This document shows, in pieces, positions 35,801 to 43,772 of a stretch of 64,000 nt of DNA; the first letter of the stretch is position 1, and each line of letters opens with the position of its first letter. Under the pieces are notes generated by a model. The model made no database searches. It saw only the letters and a list, made by a program, of their open reading frames with translations, and was not told where the DNA came from. Source of the DNA: a virus. Made by a program: the position numbers and the translations under genes. The stretch is from IMG/VR virus record IMGVR_UViG_3300021541_000005. One strand, written 5' to 3'.

Positions 35801-36880
35801 ACAAGTGCAAAGGGTATTGTAAAATTAGTGAATGACTTGACTACTGGTGGAACTGACAAAGCATTAACCGCAGAACAAGGAAAAGTATTAAATGTTGCTT
35901 TAGGTGGAAAAATTGATACTGCCGGTACAAGTATGGAAAAAGATGGTACTACATTGGGTGTTAAAAGTAGTGGAATTACCGCAACACAATTAGCATCAAA
36001 TGCAGTAACTACTGATAAAATTAATGTTAAAGCAGTTACTACTGCAAAAATAGATGATGGGGCAGTAACTGCAACACAATTAGAATCTACAGTACAAAAA
36101 AAATCCTTTGTCAGTTTGATTACTTTAGGTACTTCTGAGGGTACAGATAATATTGATAACTTATATGCAGCATCCGACCAAGGAAGATATTATTGTAAAG
36201 CAGGAAATATTGGTAATTTAGGAGGAACACTTCCGCCAGGTTGGACAACGGCATCAAATAAACACATGTTATTGCTTGTATATAATAATAATAGTAGTAA
36301 AACCATCCAAGAAGCATTTCAGATTAGTGCCAGCACTAATACAACTCTAAAACGATTTTGGAGAATGTATACTGATTATCCAACTTCAGTTAAATGGAGT
36401 GATTGGCAAGAAGTTTACACCGATAAAACCATTCCTTCTGCTTCAACAAGTACAGCAGGTATAACAAAATTAGTAAATGATTTAACTACTGGTGGAACAG
36501 ATAAAGCATTAACCGCAGAACAAGGAAAATCTTTAAATAATAAGGTTATCGCAATTACCGATTACGATACATCATCTGTTACTACAATTAGGGATTCTTT
36601 TGTAACAAGTGGATGGAGTGGAACTGTAAGATATTATGTTAAAAATGGTTGGTGTATTGTAACTTATGAGGGGTTACAGAAAACTTCAACAACAAGTTCA
36701 TATGATGCTCTTATAAACAATATTGGGGTAAATAATGCTATGGGAAGTGATGTATTTGCAAATACTGATTTGAGTGTTTATATGCCGGTTATGGTGAAAG
36801 TTAATCAAAATGGTGTATTACTGGCGAGATGTGTAAAAGCGAATACTGCATTATATGGAAGTCTTATTTTCCCAATCTAA
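32891..36880 (+). CDS. Tail fibre / receptor-binding adhesin
   Basis: VTTAKIKD repeats, duplicated KLVNDLTTGGTDKALTAEQGK, two knob-like WSxWxE modules. Confidence 0.85.
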   Translation: MTKLTNAEKDKLDNTCGNLRVTKLGTHVKSLEDFVNEGALATRANDVTSAINELYGMIANNECADIQIPPPGFFTLFGNDEDGKLYVYYNDEDHPPVFRHVEEPGELEGTLYLYIADPEGENHFEMEIGHYIAVKHLDNYYTKAEIDAGYAIKNHASTANTYGLGSTSKYGHVKTINGLTQASHADGLALSAYQGKVLKTAVDEKVVTVEKQSSAEQGYAATYVVKQNGSQVGVKINIPKDFLVKSTSVKTCTTANQPVNGYEVGDIYIDWVVNSKDNTATDEHLYLRAKDIGSYPPDEVTLTIENNQFKIKNGGVGSTQLAKDSVITDKIKDSNVTTAKIKDGNVTTVKIKDDNVTTPKIKDSNITTDKIADGAVTNDKVTSITKNKISDFSHAHGNLQNDGKVGTSNNENKNVVTDGNGKITTEAKPTVPTANSTASNIKMDGTQSAGSLSTFAKADHVHPTDTSRASTDVATQSANGLMSSSDKTKLDGIATGENKTTIDSALSTTSTNPVQNKVIKAKIDTLATKEEVDDIIAGDIDLTGYVKDTDSRLADDRIPKVIEIDGTVNEPYDLDLVYGTGFYIGNRGGNKTSLHTPDDTYGSRYVLLVQAFGLNTYIKQVFTFLNNGKTYTRFKTTGNWSSWTEISYNGHTHHDTDIDWEGVALANQVSPLDMAMFEELSANRLAFLSGDNIIFEYSTDGGSTWTEGYNDADGKTKKLKLVTTSERFSGGNGATKSVNNQARITLKAGEANVASKIYMYTRKLMIYFSTAGSRGCKCKVETSTYGTPSAWTTIGTYNIDGYSGWNSIPLALTLGGFASQTNGTRIQNIRLTFSCTTIGNYNFEIQKIRLFGETCWTSPSTMATNGHMYTFDENGDVTFPAKIIKSGGTSAQFLKANGDIDSTTYVSGAGTGLTKDGVNLKHSNSVTADTTGNFKKLTYDSQGHITGTVNVQASDLPTHSHGASDLPTSSTSAKGIVKLVNDLTTGGTDKALTAEQGKVLNVALGGKIDTAGTSMEKDGTTLGVKSSGITATQLASNAVTTDKINVKAVTTAKIDDGAVTATQLESTVQKKSFVSLITLGTSEGTDNIDNLYAASDQGRYYCKAGNIGNLGGTLPPGWTTASNKHMLLLVYNNNSSKTIQEAFQISASTNTTLKRFWRMYTDYPTSVKWSDWQEVYTDKTIPSASTSTAGITKLVNDLTTGGTDKALTAEQGKSLNNKVIAITDYDTSSVTTIRDSFVTSGWSGTVRYYVKNGWCIVTYEGLQKTSTTSSYDALINNIGVNNAMGSDVFANTDLSVYMPVMVKVNQNGVLLARCVKANTALYGSLIFPI
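35820..36530 (+). repeat. Internal ~65-bp near-identical repeat pair in the fibre gene (about 35820-35885 and 36466-36530)
   Basis: aaattagt.aatga.tt.actactggtggaac.ga.aaagcattaaccgcagaacaaggaaaa twice. Confidence 0.85.
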
Positions 36881-36919
36881 TTAAATAGTATAAAAAAATT
36901 CTAAAGAGGGTGATAAAAA

Positions 36920-37480
36920 ATGCCGTGTGCTATAATAGGAAATATAAAAGGTGTCAAAGGAGACACTGGAGAAAAAGGAGAAAAAGGAGATAAAGGAGAC
37001 AGAGGCGAACAAGGAATACAAGGACCAGCAGGCCAAAATGGAATTGACGGTACTACAGACACACCAACACAAGTACTCAGCAAATTAAAGAATGTTGATG
37101 GATCCAATAGTGGCTTAGATGCAGACTTACTGGATGGTCATGATTCATCTTATTTTGCGAAAGCAGATGACTTACCTAGCTTGATTGCTATAGAAGAACC
37201 ATATATATTTAGTGCATTCAAAATTGCTAAATCTGGAAATACTGTTGTGTTAGTTGTTGAACCATGGGCTGTTAATAGCCCGGTGGTAAATAAATATGTT
37301 AGTACAAATGTGCACGTACCTCCTGGTTATGAACCATCTTTCCCTGTTTATATTGCTAATGTTTTGCCTAATGATGTTCGAATGCAGATTACTCGAAGTG
37401 GGGATATCCAATTTTGGAGATCTGAGGGTGCTGGAACAGAATTTTGTGGTACGGGTTCATGGTTAGTTCCTGGGGAGTAA
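36920..37480 (+). CDS. Collagen-like tail fibre protein
   Basis: Gly-X-Y run GVKGDTGEKGEKGDKGDRGEQGIQGPAGQNGIDG; SGLDADLLDG motif. Confidence 0.8.
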   Translation: MPCAIIGNIKGVKGDTGEKGEKGDKGDRGEQGIQGPAGQNGIDGTTDTPTQVLSKLKNVDGSNSGLDADLLDGHDSSYFAKADDLPSLIAIEEPYIFSAFKIAKSGNTVVLVVEPWAVNSPVVNKYVSTNVHVPPGYEPSFPVYIANVLPNDVRMQITRSGDIQFWRSEGAGTEFCGTGSWLVPGE

Positions 37481-37486
37481 AGAAAA

Positions 37487-37594
37487 ATGAAGAAATCTGA
37501 TCCTCATAAAGGTTGTTGTTATAGGCGAACTTGTAATAAAGACTTGAAAAAATGTTGCTATTTATATAAAAAGGTGAAAAAATGGGAATTTTAG
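37487..37594 (+). CDS. Small basic Cys-rich peptide, 35 aa (not in ORF track)
   Basis: MKKSDPHKGCCYRRTCNKDLKKCCYLYKKVKKWEF behind RBS ggggag. Confidence 0.4.
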   Translation: MKKSDPHKGCCYRRTCNKDLKKCCYLYKKVKKWEF

Positions 37595-38712
37595 ATTGGA
37601 TAAAGAACATTTTAGGGAATAATAAAAAGAATGCTAGATTAATCACGAAAGATTTAATCAAAACGTATGGTGAAAAAGACCAGTTAGAAGTGGGCCTATA
37701 TGAAGGAAACTCACCTTTACCTGGTAAAATGATTACTTTTAATGTGAATGGTATGGATTATTATCGTAAGACTGATGATGATGGTATTGCTAGGTTAAAT
37801 ATTAATTTGCCTCCTGGTGAATATACTCCTTTAATTAGTTTTAAGGATGATGATTATAATCTTGATACTGAATTTACAACCGTGATTGTACGTTCTAAAA
37901 CACGTATGGAAGGCACTGATATTAATATGACTTATCGTGATGGTACAATGTATCAATGTGCTGTGTATGATGATTTTGGCCGTGTTCTTGGAGATGTTGA
38001 TTTAACAATCAATGGGGTTACTTATCATAGAACCGCTGATAATGAGGGTTTGTATAAGTTAAATATTAATTTGAATCCTGGAAATTATACTATTACTGCT
38101 AAATATCTTGGAGATATGTTTCATTTGCCTTCAGAGATTAAAAATACTATCCATATTAATGAAGCCCCTAAAGTGGAGCCTAAGGTAGAGTCTAAAGTAG
38201 AGCAAAATTATACTCTTAATCCATATATTACTCAACAGGGATCAGGTAAGCTTGGTCAAGTATGTGGATATTCCTGCGGTCCGCATAGTTTGATGCAATG
38301 TATCTATAGGCTGACTGGTATTGAATTGTCTGAATCTACATTAATGAGTGTGTGTGGGACTACATCAGGAGGCACAGATCATCAGGGTTTGGCGACAGGT
38401 TTAGCATGGTTTAACCGGCAATACGGGTACAACCTGAAAATGACTTGGAAAAACAAAAGTGAGTTGTCATGGGAAGAAATACAGCAAGCCATAAATAATG
38501 GAGCATTATTCTTCCATTTGTTATATCGCAATCAATGGGGTCATTATGAGGTTGCACAAAACAGTAAAAGTCCTATGTCCATTTTGAACAGCCTTGGAAG
38601 TAGATGTGGCAATGGGTATTGTGGATATATTGAAAGTAGATCAAGAGCTACTCAACAATCCTACATAAATGGTATAAGTCAGAAAAGTGTTTGTATAATT
38701 AGTAGAGGGTGA
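37582..38712 (+). CDS. peiR: Pseudomurein endoisopeptidase (PeiR-like, C39 family) with Ig-like adhesin repeats
   Basis: Q-x5-C (QVCGYSC), WGHY, ILNSLG; two N-terminal VNG-x-Y-x-R-x-TD-x2-G...LNINL-x-PG-x-Y repeats. Confidence 0.75.
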   Translation: MGILDWIKNILGNNKKNARLITKDLIKTYGEKDQLEVGLYEGNSPLPGKMITFNVNGMDYYRKTDDDGIARLNINLPPGEYTPLISFKDDDYNLDTEFTTVIVRSKTRMEGTDINMTYRDGTMYQCAVYDDFGRVLGDVDLTINGVTYHRTADNEGLYKLNINLNPGNYTITAKYLGDMFHLPSEIKNTIHINEAPKVEPKVESKVEQNYTLNPYITQQGSGKLGQVCGYSCGPHSLMQCIYRLTGIELSESTLMSVCGTTSGGTDHQGLATGLAWFNRQYGYNLKMTWKNKSELSWEEIQQAINNGALFFHLLYRNQWGHYEVAQNSKSPMSILNSLGSRCGNGYCGYIESRSRATQQSYINGISQKSVCIISRG

Positions 38713-38717
38713 TTGAA

Positions 38718-38906
38718 ATGGATGATATTGAAAGAACTAAATTAGAAGTGCAGTTACGTAATCAACAAAGAGTTTTAAATAAGAGGTATGCTGAAGAGGG
38801 TTTAACTGATGAGGTTTTGGATGAACAGATTAAATTAAATGAACTTCGGCATGAACATAATATTCCTGATGAGTCTAAGAAGGTTTATGGGGATTTTGTA
38901 CAATAA
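38718..38906 (+). CDS. Hypothetical protein downstream of endolysin
   Basis: RBS gagggtga before ATG 38718. Confidence 0.6.
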   Translation: MDDIERTKLEVQLRNQQRVLNKRYAEEGLTDEVLDEQIKLNELRHEHNIPDESKKVYGDFVQ

Positions 38907-39120
38907 GTATCTTGTATTGTTTTAGGGCTCCGATGATGCAAAATGATTTTTGTTCATTTCATGTATGGTCTTATTAGTAGCAGAGAATGTGAATCATGGG
39001 ACCTTAAATCTACGTTAAAAATTTCGGATAATATATTTTGTGGGATGAATATTTTTTTGATTGTGGAGGAGTAGTTTTTTGGGTAAATAACCATTTTTTC
39101 CTCCTTTATTTTTTGGTTTT

Positions 39121-39163
39121 GGGCTAGGAACATTTATTATGATGTTCTTGGCCTATTTTTTTT
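39121..39163 (+). terminator. Stem-loop plus T tract ending the late operon
   Basis: GGCTAGGAACAT / ATGTTCTTGGCC stem followed by T run. Confidence 0.55.
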
Positions 39164-39359
39164 GTAATTTTAATAAATTTTATATATGTGATAAATGTTA
39201 TAATATTTTATATTAGGAATTTCATATTTTTTATATGGAGAGTATAGGAAGTATTGGTTATTTTAGTGTATAACTAAATGTTAGCCCCAAAAATAACCAG
39301 TAAATATTACTCTTCAACTGCTCTCTCGCACAAAAGCAAAGTATATAAGAGTGATATAA

Positions 39360-40565
39360 ATGAAAAATATGAGACCTACAAATGAAATCCTAAATGAAAT
39401 ATTCAGAGAACGTAACTCATCAATTAACACACAAAAATCATATGCAAGAAGTGTCAATCAATTCGAGTTATACTTCCAACAACATTTAGGAGAAATATTA
39501 ATCATTGCAGAAACAGAAGAAGATCAAGGAATACCCTGGAGAAAATCGACACTAAGACAATATCTAATAGAATTCAGAAGCTACCTATATGATAAATACA
39601 AATCCAAGACAGCTAAATTATATCTTACATTAATAATATCTATTTTTAGGCATTTTGAATTTGTTATACCAAAATTACCACGTTTTAGTGAGGACATTGA
39701 AGTCATACCAATATTACCTGAAGACATTCCAGACAGGGAGATGCTTCAGAAATGTCTTGAAATAGCACCTAAGATTGTTGAAACATTCGCATTATTCACT
39801 TCCAGTTCAGGAATGAGCAGGAGAGATGCATTGAATTTGAAAGTGAAAGATTATTTGGAAGCTACTAAAGAATATCATCATAGCAATAATGTTCAGGAAG
39901 CTATTAAAGAAATGAATTGGTCTAATGTTGATATTGTTCCTTGTTTTAGGGATTTAACACGTCAAAAAACGGGTTTACCATATTATACATTTTGCAGTCC
40001 AGAAGCTGCTAAAAGTTTGAACAATTATTTACTTAGTAGAAGAGTTTTAATCTATGCTGGTGATGGTGAGGTAATTGGATCAAGAGATGTCACGCCTGAA
40101 GATGATCTCTTTGATGTGTCATATCAATGGATAGGTGATTTGTTTGATGAAGTAAATCAAAAGTTGGGGCTCGGTAAAGCTGGTAGATATAACAGGTTTA
40201 CTATTCATATGATGCGTCGTTATCATGCTACTCAGTTGCATGCTGCGGGAATGAGTGAAGATAAGATAAATCTATTGCAAGGTAGAACTCCGAAAAGTGT
40301 GATTCATGAGTCATATATTCGTGTAAAAGCAGAGGATTTGAAAGAAGAGTATATTCAAGCATTGCCATATATAGTGGTTACTGAGATTGATAAGGTGCGT
40401 ACAAAGTTAGATGTTGTTACTGAAAAGAAAGAAGTGTTGGAAAATGAGAATATTGTTTTGAAAAATGAGTTATCTGATATTAAGTCTAGGCAGGATAATC
40501 TTGAGAAATTAATCCTGGAAAATATTAGTGAGGAGCGTTTGGGTAAACTTAACAAACTAATATAA
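39360..40565 (+). CDS. int: Tyrosine recombinase / integrase with C-terminal coiled coil
   Basis: SSGMSRRD, HMMRR (HxxR), LLQGR, HESY catalytic boxes. Confidence 0.88.
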   Translation: MKNMRPTNEILNEIFRERNSSINTQKSYARSVNQFELYFQQHLGEILIIAETEEDQGIPWRKSTLRQYLIEFRSYLYDKYKSKTAKLYLTLIISIFRHFEFVIPKLPRFSEDIEVIPILPEDIPDREMLQKCLEIAPKIVETFALFTSSSGMSRRDALNLKVKDYLEATKEYHHSNNVQEAIKEMNWSNVDIVPCFRDLTRQKTGLPYYTFCSPEAAKSLNNYLLSRRVLIYAGDGEVIGSRDVTPEDDLFDVSYQWIGDLFDEVNQKLGLGKAGRYNRFTIHMMRRYHATQLHAAGMSEDKINLLQGRTPKSVIHESYIRVKAEDLKEEYIQALPYIVVTEIDKVRTKLDVVTEKKEVLENENIVLKNELSDIKSRQDNLEKLILENISEERLGKLNKLI

Positions 40566-40752
40566 TATTATGTTTTTGTTGAACACTAATTTTCAAAACA
40601 CATTGTGTTTCATTTTTTAGTGTTGAACAATAAACTATTATATTGGTTATTTTATTAAACAAATGCTTGTTTAATCTTCTATTTAGTGAATAGAAATATT
40701 TATAAACATTATCGAATAAAATAAATACTATACAAAAAAGGAGTATCATACC

Positions 40753-41241
40753 ATGGATAAGGATAAAAAAATAATATTACTACTCATCGCATTACTAGTA
40801 TGTGTATGTGTTATTGCTACAGTAAGTGCTTCAAAAGCTCCTGAAAGAATCTATGTAAATGAAAGTTATAATTTCACATACTATTCCTTTGATTCAGCAC
40901 AAGGTAAAGCAAACTATTTTTCAGGTATAGATGCCTATGATGATGCATTTTATTTCCCTTATGAAGCGGAAAGTAAAATGATGGAGTTTAGTCCAATGTT
41001 TAATCAAATGTTTATCGCTGGGAATCAGTATGAGTCCGGTGATGATGTAGATATAAATAATATACTTGGACAAAAAATAGGTGGATTGTCTAAAGATAAA
41101 GGGACATTTGCTTTTAATGTGCCTGTAGATAAGAACTTCAGTTTCACTTGGACTGGAGGTCATCAGGTTGGTTTAAATGATGATGCAAAAGAGATTAATG
41201 CAGTATATGATGCAGACGGTAAATTAATTTGGAAAAAATAA
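40753..41241 (+). CDS. Exported or membrane-anchored protein (lysogenic conversion candidate)
   Basis: KKIILLLIALLVCVCVIATVSA signal peptide with A-x-A-like site. Confidence 0.7.
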   Translation: MDKDKKIILLLIALLVCVCVIATVSASKAPERIYVNESYNFTYYSFDSAQGKANYFSGIDAYDDAFYFPYEAESKMMEFSPMFNQMFIAGNQYESGDDVDINNILGQKIGGLSKDKGTFAFNVPVDKNFSFTWTGGHQVGLNDDAKEINAVYDADGKLIWKK

Positions 41242-41268
41242 GTAAATAATGTTTTTATTGTAATCGAT

Positions 41269-41341
41269 ATGTGGGGTCGTAGAAGTGGCAGCTTCTCACC
41301 CACATGAGGTTACATAAAAAATAGATCACCAGAGATGATGA
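41269..41341 (+). other. GTGGCAGC hairpin element copy 1
   Basis: ATGTGGG/CCCACAT outer stem, AGAAG-TGGCAG-CTTCT inner stem, then CCAGAGATGATGA. Confidence 0.55.
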
Positions 41342-41501
41342 GTATTTTTGTAACCTATTTTAATATTAGGAATAAAAACTATTTAAAACTAACTATTGGT
41401 TATTTAAATAGTCCTCAGGGAGAGGTCGTACCATACCATACATTAGCGATAGCTATATTTAAAAATGGTGTTTCTACTTTTAAAAAAACAATAAAAAAAG
41501 A

Positions 41502-41663
41502 TTATTCTAATTTTTTGACAGTTATTGTTTCTGTTTTTGTATCAATAATCCATTCGAGGGTTTCACCTTTTTTCAAATCTAACATGTCTCTTGCAAATGC
41601 AGGTACTGTTGTTGTTAAAGAGCCCGCTACTGATTGTATTTTTGTTTTATATTTCAATTCCAT
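41502..41663 (-). CDS. AbrB/MazE/SpoVT-type DNA-binding protein, 53 aa (not in ORF track)
   Basis: MELKYKTKIQSVAGSLTTTVPAFARDMLDLKKGETLEWIIDTKTETITVKKLE; RBS aggaggt; only minus-strand gene I can support. Confidence 0.85.
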   Translation of the reverse strand: MELKYKTKIQSVAGSLTTTVPAFARDMLDLKKGETLEWIIDTKTETITVKKLE

Positions 41664-41716
41664 ACCTCCTAAGTATGTTTTTCTTTATATTAATACATTA
41701 ATATATCTTTTAACTA

Positions 41717-41766
41717 ATATATATAATTATCTTTATAATTTAGTATATAGAAATCTTTATATACTA
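41717..41766. promoter_or_regulatory. Divergent archaeal TATA boxes with overlapping inverted repeat
   Basis: TTTATATA at 41756-41763 (+), ATATATAA at 41719-41726 (reads TTATATAT on -), IR TAGTATATAG/TTATATACTA. Confidence 0.65.
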
Positions 41767-41790
41767 ATAACTTAATAATTAATAATCAAG

Positions 41791-41850
41791 AGAATTTACT
41801 TCAGAGTGGCAGCTCTGAAAATAAATTCTTAAAAAATCCAGAGATGATGA
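41791..41850 (+). other. GTGGCAGC hairpin element copy 2, in the early-operon leader
   Basis: AGAATTTA/TAAATTCT outer stem, TTCAGAG-TGGCAG-CTCTGAA inner stem, then CCAGAGATGATGA. Confidence 0.6.
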
Positions 41851-41853
41851 AAG

Positions 41854-41982
41854 ATGACAAAGTTTGATGAATATTTAAACAAAATAAAAGTTAACCGTTC
41901 TGAGTTAACCCAAGAAGCTGTAGACACGCTCTACCTTGGATACGTCAAACTCCACGAACTCAAAGGAGTTGACCCAGAATGA
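41854..41982 (+). CDS. First early gene, 42 aa (not in ORF track)
   Basis: MTKFDEYLNKIKVNRSELTQEAVDTLYLGYVKLHELKGVDPE; ATGA overlap with next gene. Confidence 0.55.
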   Translation: MTKFDEYLNKIKVNRSELTQEAVDTLYLGYVKLHELKGVDPE

Positions 41983-42416
41983 ACAATAGCCTTTATACAA
42001 CAATCTCTCCAGAAATGGAATGCAGCCCAATATTATCTCCTGAAGAGGAGATAATGGATTATGCCTTAACCTTCATGGATGATGTAGATTCACGGGAAAT
42101 ATTCGATGACGAACCTATCCATAACGTAAGAAATTACGTTGCAAGTGTATTCCTTAAAGGATTAAACACACAAGTCAACAGTATAGAACTCCATGGCGAA
42201 TGGGGGCTTGAAATACCTAAAAAAGACACTGAATTCATTAGTGAAATACTAAATTTAACAGGTATACAATATACTGTCAAAGATGCAAGGTTTCTTAATA
42301 TCTGGGGTCATTGGACACATAAAAGCTTTGATTTAATAGTCATTGATGACAATAATTTCAGAGTACTAGCACGTAAACTACGTAATGAAATTGTAATTGT
42401 GGGAGATGATCACTAA
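41979..42416 (+). CDS. Hypothetical early protein
   Basis: 145-aa ORF coupled at both ends. Confidence 0.65.
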   Translation: MNNSLYTTISPEMECSPILSPEEEIMDYALTFMDDVDSREIFDDEPIHNVRNYVASVFLKGLNTQVNSIELHGEWGLEIPKKDTEFISEILNLTGIQYTVKDARFLNIWGHWTHKSFDLIVIDDNNFRVLARKLRNEIVIVGDDH

Positions 42417-42834
42417 TGAACATCTTCCATAAAAAAATAAATCAGGCTAAATATCCATTAACTCCTGCTGAGCCTACTCATCGTGCTTGGACAATATATG
42501 ATGAGTTAAAAGACTTATGGATTGGTAATAACGCAGCAATAGGATTATTAATAATCTCAATCTGCATTATCATACTATTATTCATGATGGGTTATGCCTT
42601 TGCTAATGGACACTTACATGTCTTATCCACAGAATCCAATGTATATGAACACTTAGACCAGATTGTTTTATTCTATGGTGGTGTCTAAATTGATGAGTTA
42701 TCGTGACAGGTACGTTGAATATCATTCTTTAGAATGGGATATATTCCACAGTCCATGTGGTGAATGTGAACACCTGGGCAACTGTAAACATTACACTAGT
42801 GAAGGATGCCCAAATCAAGAGGAGTGATGATTTT

Positions 42835-43458
42835 ATGAGTATATATGATAAAATCGCTGATGTTCAAATGGAATTATTGGATGAGGAATTCAAAACAAAA
42901 AGAGGATATCATGGGGAATATATGGGTTTGGAAGAGTTAACCTGTAAAATACTTCCTAAATGTTATAAACATGGTTTATTCTATTATTTCACTGCTAATG
43001 AAACTCATTTAATATTGAAAATCATTGACCGTGAAACTAAAGAAGCATTATCTCCAGCACCTCATGTCCGTTTACCAGAACTAAGCCGAGACATGAAAGT
43101 TGAAGGTGGGAATATTACTTATATGAAAAGGTATTTGTTAATGGATACTTTTCAGGTTATTGCTGAATCATTTGATCCTGATGACACAAAAGATGGTTTA
43201 CCACCACAAAAGAATAATGATGCTAGCTCAGCACGTAAGAAAAACACTAAAAAAGAACCATCTGAAACAGTGAATGTGGATATTCCACAGTTATATAAGG
43301 ATGCTTTAAAAGAATTGCGTACTGTTAAAGGATTAAATGATTCTGAAATTACAGTTTCTGCTATCAGAAAACATATTTTCAAGAATGGTACGTTTAATCA
43401 AACGGAAAGAGATGAAATTGCAAGATATGTTAAAACTACTTGGAGGCTTTCAAAATGA
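42835..43458 (+). CDS. ERF-family annealing protein (second copy)
   Basis: Copy of 420..1043. Confidence 0.7.
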   Translation: MSIYDKIADVQMELLDEEFKTKRGYHGEYMGLEELTCKILPKCYKHGLFYYFTANETHLILKIIDRETKEALSPAPHVRLPELSRDMKVEGGNITYMKRYLLMDTFQVIAESFDPDDTKDGLPPQKNNDASSARKKNTKKEPSETVNVDIPQLYKDALKELRTVKGLNDSEITVSAIRKHIFKNGTFNQTERDEIARYVKTTWRLSK

Positions 43459-43772
43459 GTTCCTCCAATATTCATATTTTATCAGTAAGTCATTATAGGT
43501 TTGGTTTATCTTTCCTGGTGCAAGGTGAAACAGGCGAATATACTGTGGATTGGAATATTTACAAAGGATGGATTTGTGACTGTCCGCATCATCTTTTCAG
43601 GCATGCTTACTGCAAGCATATTGCTGCATGTAAAAAGTATGTCCTGGAGCATGGTTTGTTATTGCATGATAAATTATGGTTTGATGATCCAAAAAGTGAT
43701 ATTGTTGTGAATGGTGAAAGTGCTACTAGTCATACTTTAGTTGAGGAGGCTGTAAAAAATGGTAGTTACTAG
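43455..43772 (+). CDS. SWIM zinc-finger protein (second copy)
   Basis: Copy of 1040..1357. Confidence 0.8.
   Translation: MSSSNIHILSVSHYRFGLSFLVQGETGEYTVDWNIYKGWICDCPHHLFRHAYCKHIAACKKYVLEHGLLLHDKLWFDDPKSDIVVNGESATSHTLVEEAVKNGSY

Larger units (their letters stand above)
1..42415 (+). mobile_element. Complete temperate tailed virus genome of a Methanobacteriales-type archaeon (one 42,415-bp unit)
   Basis: Full head, packaging, tail, lysis and integrase modules; sequence restarts at 42416; archaeal cell-wall enzymes and promoters. Confidence 0.93.

Noticed and set aside
35820-36530. Diversity-generating retroelement TR/VR pair in the tail fibre
   Set aside because: Differences between the repeats are synonymous and not adenine-specific, and no reverse transcriptase gene is present
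38929-38990. Hammerhead ribozyme or box C/D RNA (CCGATGA / GATGATG)
   Set aside because: Core is CCGAUGA not CUGANGA, no GAAA strand in place, and no CUGA box D next to the terminal stem
41335-41775. 146-aa plus-strand ORF in the track
   Set aside because: Overlaps the convincing minus-strand AbrB gene and the AT-rich promoter; low-complexity translation
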